Below the pieces are notes generated by a model. It was not told where the DNA came from. It made no database searches and saw nothing but the letters and a program-made list of their open reading frames with translations. A DNA stretch of 21,357 bases from Octopus sinensis. Lineage: Eukaryota. The number at the start of each line of letters is the position of its first letter. Position 1 is the first letter of the stretch. Location of the stretch: positions 1-21,357 of the forward strand of contig NW_021823721.1 of NCBI RefSeq assembly GCF_006345805.1. The letters are read 5' to 3'. Positions 11,722-21,118 of this stretch are shown here, piece by piece. The translations under genes were made by a program, and so were the position numbers.

Positions 11722-12412
11722 GGCAGGAGTTGTCATGGTTCATGTATGACAGAGAATAATAGAAGGCTGGGTTCGATTCTCGAAACCTTCATCTGATGGG
11801 AAGCTACGTTAATGGCATTTTCGTGTAAGATATTCCTGCAGTCATTCCTTATATTCATTAAGTCTTTGAGAGTATTTTAGCTTACCATTAACGCAACACG
11901 GAATGTCAATATACTGCAAGATCACACTCAGAAATCTCCGCAAAACACACACGAAATTACGCACAAAATGTGAGCGTGTATGTGTGTGTAGGTGCGTGGG
12001 TGTATGCGCGCGTGTGTATATAGGTGTATGTATCTGTGTGTCTGTACACATCTGTGTGTGTGTGTATGTGTGTGTCAGCAAATATTTTTGTGTGTAAGTT
12101 TTTCGGCAATTGTAAACTGTCAAGGAAGTTCTTAGAATCGGTGGAAGAAATCTAATATGGTTAATTCGGAAGCGTTTTAAATTATGGGTACAGATGCAAT
12201 CATCATATCACCAAAACTTATTTGCTTCCTTTCTCTTGTGACACGCACACGCACACACATTACACACGCGCACACACACACACACACACATACACACACA
12301 CATACATATACGCACACACACGTCCCCCTGCACTGACACGCATTCATATATATATATATACACACACACACATCTATATACATAAAAACATGTATATATA
12401 TATATATATATA

Positions 12413-12644
12413 AGGCGGCGAGCTGGCAGAAACGTTAGCACGCCGGGCGAAATGCGTAGCCGTATTTCGTCTGCCGTTACGTTCTAGGTTCAAATTCCGC
12501 CGAGGTCGACTTTGCCTTTCATCCTTTCGGGGTCGATAAAGTAAGTACCAGTTACGCACTGGGGTCGATGTAATCGACTTAATCCGTTTGTCTGTCTTTG
12601 TTTGTCCTCTCTGTGTTTAGCCCCCTGTGGGTAGTAAAGAAATA
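12413..12644 (+). mobile_element. SINE family B, full length, inserted in (TA)n
   Basis: Runs from aggcggcgagctggcagaaacgttagc to gtagtaaagaaata, with (TA)n on both sides. Confidence 0.95.
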
Positions 12645-12966
12645 TATATATATATATACGCACAAATATAAGAGAGGGTCCACTATGTGGACGCTCTTGC
12701 GCTAAAAATAGATCCGCAATGGTCTCAACCACCAAGAATTGTTCCCAAGGAGAATTAGCACAACTATGAACTTAAGCGAGCAGGACAAATGAAAAATAAC
12801 AAAAATGTAGATTAATTCTAGACAATTGTTTCACTGTTAATAGATTATGTAATGTTACTTACACAATAAATCCAAAGCCCATCAGTAGAATTCGTCATGA
12901 ATGAAGCATGTGTGTGTGTGCGTGTCACAAGAGAAAGGAACCAGATAAGTTTTGGTGATATATATA

Positions 12967-13107
12967 TAAGGTTGTCCCAAAAGTTCGTAGAAAGTCTTGG
13001 AAAATAATGGTCTTTATTTTGAGGAATAATTTTTGTTGTTTTTGTTAGTACTTGGCGAGTAAAAATTCAATTTTCGCAAGTGTTTACAAACTTTTGGGAC
13101 AACCTAA
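12967..13107. mobile_element. Mariner-type MITE (141 bp)
   Basis: Terminal inverted repeats TAAGGTTGTCCCAAAAGTTCGTA and TTAGGTTGTCCCAAAAGTTTGTA, with TA on both sides. They resemble Hsmar1/MADE1-type ends (TTAGGTTGGTGCAAAAGT). Confidence 0.85.
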
Positions 13108-13480
13108 TATATACTTATATATGTGTGTGTGAGTGTGTGTATATATACATATACATACATATATACACGCAATATATACACTTATATATTTATAATGTAT
13201 ATATAATATATGTAAGTGTATATATGTGTATGTATGTATATGTGTATGGGTGTAGGTGTGTGTGTATGATATTTATATATACTGCATACTACATGCTTAC
13301 TTACATATCTATCTATCCATCCATCTGGCCATCCATTCATCCATCCATCCATACATACATACATACATCCAACCATCCATACATACATACATACATACAC
13401 GAATACATACATACATACATACATACATACATACATACATACATACATACATACATACATACATACATACATACATACAT
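13108..13480. repeat. (TA)/(TG)/(TCCA)/(TACA)n microsatellites
   Basis: Directly visible. Confidence 0.9.
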
Positions 13481-13924
13481 TTCGGGTGTTAGATTAGCAG
13501 AGTCATTAGGGCATTGGGCAAAGTGACATCTATTTCTTCAGACACTCTGAAGGTAAGTTCATATCCAGCCGAAGTCAACACTGATTTTTGCCATTTCAAG
13601 CTCGATGTAAAAGTACCATTCCAAAACAGTGAATCAACAGAACTGTTAAAGAATTCAGAAAGATGTTCCGAGGTACATGTTTTGAGGTTTCGTGTTGTGC
13701 TAGCAATGCCTTCGAGGAGACTACTGCCAAGTTGTATCGGTCCTAGTTGGCAGGCGTTCTTTACAATAAACATCAGTAGAGTGAAATAGGGTGACTTACA
13801 AGCATAAGTAACAAACAATCTTCCTACAATCATATCGTGTCCAAGCCGCGAAATGTTTTCCCCACAGGAGTAAGGAATGCACGGAGCTGACTAGAAAGGA
13901 AGAAAGGATAAAAGTCGCTCTGCT

Positions 13925-14145
13925 CTAATTGGCTGTATGCAAATGAGTTCATTACTGGGGTCCGGAACTCTCGTGGGAAAAATTCCCGTCCAGGTTTGCA
14001 TTTTCATAATGCAGATGCACGGATAATCCCGAAAAACGGGGGCTTTTGCATCAATCCATCCATCCATCCATCCATCCATCCATACATACATACATACATT
14101 CATGCATCGATCCATGCATCCATTCATCCATCCATGCAAATATAA
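13925..14145. promoter_or_regulatory. Candidate cis-regulatory motif cluster (CCAAT, octamer/POU, CSL, kappaB-like)
   Basis: ATTGG 13928-13932, ATGCAAAT 13937-13944 and 14134-14141, CGTGGGAA 13972-13979, GGGAAAAATTCCC 13975-13987. These are motif matches only. Confidence 0.25.
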
Positions 14146-14536
14146 TTATTTAGGACATTGAAGAAAAGAGAAGCATGCACACTCTTAGGTTTTTGCTGCT
14201 CTGTGGTCAAAATTGCCTCCAAAATAAAGGAGAAACAACTGGCTCAAAACATGCAGTTCCACCTGCCTGATTATAAAATCATATTTACTTTAAAACTATT
14301 AGTACATTTGTTTATGTTAGGAAATGTCTACCTAAGTGGAAAAGTTAAGATTTTCAGGCAAAGAACGATACCAGTTAACACGCATTTAACAGATGCAATC
14401 GATAGATATGCATAATTTTTGTTAAGTCCAGCTTGTGACATTGATGGATGTTATATTCCAGTGAAGGAGGTTTGATTAATTGTTAGAAAGCAGCTTCTTC
14501 CTTCTAGAAAGAATCCTAGTAAATTAAAGCCATGGA

Positions 14537-14597
<61 letters not shown>

Positions 14598-14760
14598 CAT
14601 TATCTCTCCTTGTTTTCTTTTGTGTCCCTTTCTGTAGAAGAGCGTAGGCTCGAAACGTAAAATAATTTTTCTATTCCTGAGCGTTATACTAATACATCTG
14701 TTTTGTTTTATACACCACCTGTCTTCGTCTTTTGTTTTATTTTTTCGTGAACTCTCCTAT
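14598..14760 (+). mobile_element. Probable Penelope-like pseudo-LTR fragment embedded in (TA)n
   Basis: A unique segment between two (TA)n tracts that carries a hammerhead-like motif at 14629-14662. Confidence 0.45.
14629..14662 (+). ncRNA. Degenerate minimal type-I hammerhead-like motif
   Basis: TTT-CTGTAGA-A-GAGC(GTAG)GCTC-GAAA-CGTA-AAA. The core has U at position 6, stem III is the palindrome ACGU, the site is GUA and stem I is only 3 bp. Confidence 0.4.
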
Positions 14761-14978
14761 ATATTATATATATATAATATATATAGTATATATATATATC
14801 TATATATATATATATATATTATATATTATGTATATATCATTCTGTACCCATATCATCATCACCATCATTATCATCATTACCATCGTTATGTTCCTCCAAC
14901 GGCAAAATGTACGGCCGGTTTGCTGGTCTTAGAAATAGGACATAACATTACATCGCTGTTCGAAATAGCATAATGCTG

Positions 14979-15086
14979 AGCAGCAGCAGCAGAAGCAGCG
15001 ACAGCTACAACGATGACACCAACAGCATCAACAACAACAACAACAACAACAACTTCAATGGCAACAACAATAAACGCAGCCATGGC

Positions 15087-15146
<60 letters not shown>

Positions 15147-15455
15147 TTAAGTCGGGATAGATGGATAATCTGATGCCATACATCGACATAGTGTCACAAG
15201 TCGGAGAGCAATTGGTTCTTTACTTTGCGCAACGTCAATAAGCTTTTCCATTCACCATGAAGACTTAAGAGAGAGAGAGAGAGGAGAGAGAGAAAGGCGA
15301 GAGAATAAACAGAGAAAGAAGGAGTGAGTATAAAGGGTGACGCAGAGAGAGAAACGAATAGACAGCGTCAGAGAAAATAAATGCAGAGTTCCAGCATCAT
15401 CATCATCAGCGTCAGCAGCAGCCACAGTAGTAGTAGTAGCAGCAGCAGCAGCAGC
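14979..15455. repeat. (CAG)/(AAC)/(AGT)n, (GA)n and (CAT)/(GCA)n simple repeats
   Basis: Directly visible; they give the poly-S, poly-N and poly-A ORFs. Confidence 0.85.
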
Positions 15456-15718
15456 AAATTTCTTATACAGGAATGCCATTATTTTCCAGGTAGCTGATAA
15501 GTGATTGGCTGTCGTCGTTGTCAAATGCCTCGCTTTAAAACTTCCTATTTTTATGACATTTGTTTGGCGTGTGCAAAACATTTTCAATGTTTACCCAATA
15601 CAATGGCATAGATGGCGACAGTACATCTATATCTATATCTGTCTCTTTGTCTTTCTGTCTGTCTGTCTGTCTGTCTGTCCATCTGTCTGTCTGTCTATCT
15701 ATCACCCCTATAACTATA

Positions 15719-16144
15719 CTCTTTTACTTGTTTCAGTCATTTGACTGCGGCCATGCTGGAGCACCGCCTTTTTAGTCGAGCAAATCGACCCCGGGACTTA
15801 TTCTTTGTAAGCCCAGTACTTATTCTATCGGTCTCTTTTGCCGAACCGCTAAGTGATGGAGACGTAAACACACCAGCATCGGTTGTCAAGCAATGCTAGG
15901 GGGACAAACACAGACCACAAACACACACCACACCACCATTATATATATATATATAATATATATATAATATAATATATACGACAGGCTTCTTTCAGTTTCC
16001 GTCTACCAAGTCCACTCACACAAGGCATTGGTCGGTCCCGAGGCTATAGCAGAAGACACTTGCCGAGCTGCGACGCAGTGGGACTGAACCCGGAACCATG
16101 TGGTTGGTTAGCAAGCTACTTACCACACAGCCACTCCTGCGCCT
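15719..16144 (-). mobile_element. SINE family A, full length
   Basis: Reverse complement of 3621-4053, with an internal (TA)n at about 15939-15977. Confidence 0.9.
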
Positions 16145-16292
16145 ATATATAGATCGTAGATACATCCTACACACGCACACACACACACATATAAACATAG
16201 ATAGATGGACTCAAAAGTAATCCATTGTCAACAGAAAAAGAGAAAGTACTCAATACATAGCATAAAATACTTTTTCTAACTACGTTACTTTT

Positions 16293-16337
16293 TTCTCGTA
16301 GCTCGAGTTTCCCGCCACTGCGATCATCAGGCAAGAA
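16293..16337 (-). ncRNA. Minimal type-I hammerhead ribozyme motif, copy 1 (U16.1>C)
   Basis: Minus strand: TTCTTGC-CTGATGA-TCGC(AGTG)GCGG-GAAA-C(TCGA)G-CT-ACGAGAA. Confidence 0.65.
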
Positions 16338-16792
16338 CACTTTTATATGGATATTCTAACTTGTCTTCTATACAAAAGAATGAATTCTTAAACAAAAAGA
16401 AATGCAGAATATTTCATTTCCTTCTATTTTCTCCATGAAACCCCAGACTTTTGTGCTCCTCTGTGTTTTCGTTAACCCCATAACAAGCTGCACGTTCTAA
16501 TCTGGAAATGTTTGTGCGTGCATGCGAAGGTGGATTTTTGCTGCCTCCCCTAGTGTGTCTTTAATTAAGCACCGTTTTGACGATTCTATCCAATTCTTAG
16601 AGAGAGCCAAAGAAGAAAATTGAATTTGGTGCTTTCTTTGTACTCTATATACCGACCCCAAATTATGGAAAGTACGGTTGACTGCGGTAGAAACTGAACA
16701 GAAGGTGCACAAACAGAACAAAATGTTATCTTCGATGCCCTAACGATTCTTTTTCTGTCGCCTCATCCACTCAGTTATAATTTTTTTTGTTC

Positions 16793-16945
16793 GTGGCTGT
16801 GTGGAAAGTAGCTTGCTTACCAACCACGTGGTTCCGGGTTCAGTCCCACTGCGTCGCAGTTTGGGCAAGTGTCTTCTACTATAGTTTCATACCGACCAAA
16901 GCCTTGTGAGCGGATTTGGTAGATGGAAACTGGAGGAAGCCCGTC

Positions 16946-16947
<2 letters not shown>
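16793..16947 (+). mobile_element. SINE family A, 5' half only
   Basis: gtggctgtgtgg...gcccgtcgt, then (TA)n, with no 3' half after it. Confidence 0.9.
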
Positions 16948-16982
<35 letters not shown>

Positions 16983-16983
16983 T

Positions 16984-17148
16984 ACGACAGGCTTCTTTCA
17001 GTTTCCGTTTACCAAGTCCACTCACAAGGCATTGGTCGGCCCGAGGCTATAGCAGAAGGCACTTGCCCAAGATGCCACGCAGTGGGACTGAACCCGGAAC
17101 CATGTGGTTGGTTAGCAAGCTACTTACCACGCAGTCACTCCTGCGCCT
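16984..17148 (-). mobile_element. SINE family A, 5' half only (duplicate of 15978-16144)
   Basis: It has the same sequence and the same downstream flank as the 15978-16144 half. Confidence 0.9.
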
Positions 17149-17319
17149 GTATATTCATCGTAGATACATCATACACACGCACACACACACACACACACAC
17201 AACATACACACACATATATAAACATAGATAGATGAACTCAAAAGTAATCTATTGTCAACAGAAAAAGAGAAAGTACTCAATACATAGCATAAAATACTTT
17301 TTCTAACTACGTTACTTTT

Positions 17320-17364
17320 TTCTCGCAGCTCGATTTTCCCGCCACTGCGATCATCAGGCAAGAA
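17320..17364 (-). ncRNA. Minimal type-I hammerhead ribozyme motif, copy 2 (U16.1>C, C15.2>A)
   Basis: Minus strand: TTCTTGC-CTGATGA-TCGC(AGTG)GCGG-GAAA-A(TCGA)G-CT-GCGAGAA. Stem I is 7 bp including one G-U pair. Confidence 0.6.
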
Positions 17365-17478
17365 CACTTTTATATGGATAGTCTAACTTGTTTTCTATAC
17401 AAAAGAGTGAATCTAGGATTTTTATACTGAGTGTATTCCTCCTTGTGTATGACGGAGCGGATATTTGACAACTATTTT

Positions 17479-17630
17479 GGCTGTGTGGAAAGTAGCTTGC
17501 TTACCAACCACGTGGTTCCAGGTTCAGTCCCACTGCGTCGCAGCTTGGGCAAGTGTCTTCTACTATAGCCTCATACCGACCAAAGCCTTGTGAGCGGATT
17601 TGGTAGATAGAAACTGAAGGAAGCCCGTCG

Positions 17631-17691
<61 letters not shown>

Positions 17692-17892
17692 GTATGTTTG
17701 CGTGTCTGTGTTTGTCCCCCGACGAACATCGCTTGACAACCGAAGGTGGTGTGTTTACGTTCCCAAAACTTAGCAGTTCGGCAAAAGAGACCGATAGAAT
17801 AAGTACTAGGCTTACAAAGAATAAGTCCTGGGGTCGATTTGCTCGACTAAAGGCGGTGCTTCAGCATGGCCGCAGTCAAACAAGTAAAAGAG
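17479..17892 (+). mobile_element. SINE family A, near full length
   Basis: Both halves and the internal (TA)(TG) tract are present; there is a small deletion in the tail. Confidence 0.9.
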
Positions 17893-18476
17893 CATACACT
17901 TGCGGACATCGTTATCTATTGTTACCGTTTAGAATCACGTGAAGCCTAATTGAGCAAAACCCACGATGAAGCTAATACTAACACTTACCTTTCGCTTCTA
18001 ATAAAATCTAGGATTTTTATACTGAGTGTATTCCTCCTTGTGTATGACGGAGCGGATATTTGACAACTATTTTTAGCGTGTCGATCAACTAAGCAGATAT
18101 TTTATCGTTGGCCGTAATCAAAGCATGGTTTTTCTGAGGTAATACTTCCGAATTGTCTCTGAATATTTCCACCTGTACTGGAGACAATTCTGCTATGTTT
18201 GCGGGCAGAATATTTGTCAGTTCTAGCTCTTCATATCCAGAGATCAAGAAATATATCTAATCCAATTCTCAGGATAGTAAGAGAGTGCTTTACAATCTCT
18301 CTCCCCCCTTCTCTCTCTCTCTCTCTATTTATCTATCTATCTATCTATCTATCTATCTGTCTATGTATCTATCTATCTATCTATACTTACATATACATTC
18401 ACACAATCGCACACACACAAACATACATTTGTAAATACATATACATATATATTCTTTTATTCGTTTTTAATTTTTT

Positions 18477-18641
18477 GTTTGTTTCAATCATTTTGACTGC
18501 GCCCATGCTGGAGCACCACTTTTAGTCGAGCAAATCGACCCCAGGACTTATTCTTTGTAACCTTTGTTCGGCAAAAGGCTGTGCACCAGCATGGCCGCAG
18601 TCAAATGACTGAAACAAATAAAAGAAGAAAAGAAGAAAAGA
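18477..18641. mobile_element. Two inverted family A 3'-tail fragments (minus about 18477-18560, plus about 18566-18641)
   Basis: tttgactgcgcccatgctggagcac faces gtgcaccagcatggccgcagtcaaatgactgaaac. Confidence 0.8.
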
Positions 18642-18889
18642 TTAAAGCTCTACCTGCGACGATTTCATCTCAATCGAAGGAGAGGAGCTTTCTCCGTCCG
18701 GGTTGCGGATCCGTGGAACAAGCTGCCAGACGAGATGGTGAAGATGCCGACTACCGCTTTGTTCAAAGCCTCCCTTGACCTCAAGTGGCCTGAACTCTTT
18801 ACATGAACACCACCCTGTACTTAACTCCATGTCCCCCTACATGGCCTTGCTATTTGCTTTTGAGCCAAATTAACTAACTAACTAACTAA
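18642..18889 (+). mobile_element. 5'-truncated CR1-group LINE: ORF2 C-terminus, 3' UTR and (TAAC)n tail
   Basis: 18642-18806 translates to LKLYLRRFHLNRRRGAFSVRVADPWNKLPDEMVKMPTTALFKASLDLKWPELFT*. This matches the F-S-x-R-V-x-x-x-W-N-x-L-P...F-K-x-x-L-D motif of CR1/L2-type ORF2 ends. The (TAAC)n tail is at 18871-18889. Confidence 0.85.
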
Positions 18890-19029
18890 AGTATTTTGCT
18901 TTTTGAACAAATTGAACCGATTAGTTTCCTCATAAATTTTAACAACACAATCTTACGGAGACCACCAAAGGCCATGCGGACAGCGGTCGAGGACCTTTGA
19001 TTTAAGACGAAAATATTCGGTTGGTTCGC

Positions 19030-19070
19030 TTCCACAGTCTGAGGAAGGCAAGCAAGCCGAAACTTTGGAA
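19030..19070 (+). ncRNA. Hammerhead-like relic lacking stem III and the cleavage site
   Basis: TTCCACAGT-CTGAGGA-A-GGC(AAGCAA)GCC-GAA-ACTTTGGAA. Confidence 0.35.
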
Positions 19071-19399
19071 TCTTCTCAATCGTTTATAGGTAAATGTTAA
19101 TAAATACGAACTCCACTGAAAAGACCTGAAGAATCCTTCGGTTTTATATAAAATTGTTCTTTTTTTTTGTAAATAGATTGGCATAGAATAATCATTATAT
19201 ACCATGGATGCAGGCAAACATGCATATGCATAGAAATGTTCGTATGTTTGTTAATAAACAGAAGTGATTACGTGTGTATGTGTGTGTATATATATAAATA
19301 TATATACATATGTCCCGTTTTGCGTATGTGTGTATGTGTATATACGATGACATATGGAAGATTTCTTGTCTTTCTACCCTAAAGCAAACACTTAATTTA

Positions 19400-19557
19400 T
19401 ACACACACACACACACACACACACATCTATATATATATATATTATATATAGATAGATAGATAGATACATAGATATAAACATACATACATATACATTCATA
19501 TATGCATATATATACACATATATATATATATATACATACATACATACGCATATACAT

Positions 19558-19598
<41 letters not shown>

Positions 19599-19890
19599 CT
19601 TTATCAGAATGTATGTACAAATACACACACACACACACACATATATATACATATATGTGTGTGTATGTATGTGTACATATGTATATGTATGCAAGTGTGC
19701 GTGCGCGTGCATGCATGTGCGTGTATATGGATGCAAGTGTGTGTGCACACGTACATGCATGCAAGTGTGTGTATGTATGTGCGTGCATGTGTGCGTTTCT
19801 ATATTTGTGTGTCTGTGTGCGTGCATGCGCGAATGTGTGCATGTATGTATATGCATGCAAATGTGTATGCATGTGTGTGTGTGTGTGTTT
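19400..19890. repeat. Compound (CA)/(TA)/(GATA)/(TGCA/TG)n microsatellites
   Basis: Directly visible; it explains ORFs 19195-19872 and 19392-19961. Confidence 0.9.
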
Positions 19891-20093
19891 ATCAACCCAT
19901 ATTGTCCCTTAAACACAAAGCGTAGATTCCTTTTTATCCAGTAGAAATCAAACGACAACAATTACAGGAAAACCCTGAGATAATCGTGTCGCCTGGCACG
20001 TGTCAGGCAGACAGGCCACCAGACTGCTGCTAAACAGTGAAACAGCCATTGGGCCAGAGTAATCTCGGATGGGACATACAGACAGCTTATTGA

Positions 20094-20653
20094 AGGCGGC
20101 AAGCTGGCAGAATCGTTAGCACGCCTGGAGAAATGCTTAGCGGTATTTCTTCTGCCGCTACGTTCTGAGTTCAAATTCCGCCGAGGTCGACTTTGCCTTC
20201 ATCCTTCGGGGTCGGATAAATTAAGTACCAGCTACGCACTGGGGTCGATGTAATCGACTTAATACCTATGTCTGTCCTTGTTTGTCCCCCTCTGTGTTTA
20301 GCCCTTCTTGTGGGTAGTAACGAAATAGGTATTTCGTTCTTCCGCTATGTTCTGAGTTCAAATTCCGCCGAGGTCGACTTTGCCTTTCATCCTTTCGGGG
20401 TCGATAAATTAAGTACCAGTTACGCACGGGGTCGATGTAATCGACTTAATCCCTTTGTCTGTCCTTGTTTGTCCCCCTCTGTGTTTAGCCCCTGGGGGTA
20501 ATAAAGAAATAGGTATTTCGTCTGCGTTACGTTCTGAGTTCAATTCCGCCGAGGTCGACTTTCCTTTCATCCTTGTCGGGGTCGATCTGTAATCGATTAA
20601 GACCAATATTGTTGTCCCGTCTGTGTTTAGCCCCTTGTGGGTAGTAAAGAAAT
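20094..20653 (+). mobile_element. SINE family B trimer flanked by one 17-bp target-site duplication
   Basis: Units are 20094-20327, 20328-20511 and 20512-20653. ACATACAGACAGCTTAT lies at 20074-20090 and 20654-20670. Confidence 0.9.
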
Positions 20654-20923
20654 ACATACAGACAGCTTATGTGATAGATCGTACTAGTAAAATCGCTATA
20701 TAGTTCTTATATTCAAATTCTACCATCATTCTCTCTGTCTGTATCTATCTCTCGATTTCTCTCTGTTACTCTCTTTCTCTTTCTCAAACACATATTCTTG
20801 TAAAATCGCATCCCTTAAAAATCATTCTTCGAGCCATATCGAGACATCTGTTAGAAGAGTAGTGTAGAATATTGCGTGGGAAAGATTTGTAGAAAGAGGT
20901 AATATCTTTGAACGATATCTATA

Positions 20924-21082
20924 CAGGAGTGGCTGTGTGGCAAGAAGCTTGCTTCACAACCACACGGTTCCGGGTTCAGTCCCACTGTCTGACAACTTGG
21001 GCAAGTGTCTTTTACTATAGCCTCGGGTCGACCAAAGCCTTGTGAATGGATTTAGTAGATAGAAATTGAAAGAAACTCGTTG

Positions 21083-21118
<36 letters not shown>

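Noticed and set aside
11722-11785. B-box GGTTCGATTC, suggesting a tRNA or SINE head
   Set aside because: No convincing A box and no following SINE body.
11886-11913. Possible 28-nt minus exon (TTGCAG|...|GTAAGC)
   Set aside because: It is too short to assess and there is no chain of compatible exons.
17989-17997. Possible 9-nt minus microexon AAGCGAAAG|GTAAGT
   Set aside because: The donor is good but the acceptor context is weak, and it cannot be tested without RNA data.
18090-18256. Minus frame IYFLISGYEELELTNILPANIAE..., loosely like an NTR/sFRP segment
   Set aside because: The similarity is a few residues judged by eye, there are no cysteines and the acceptor is weak.
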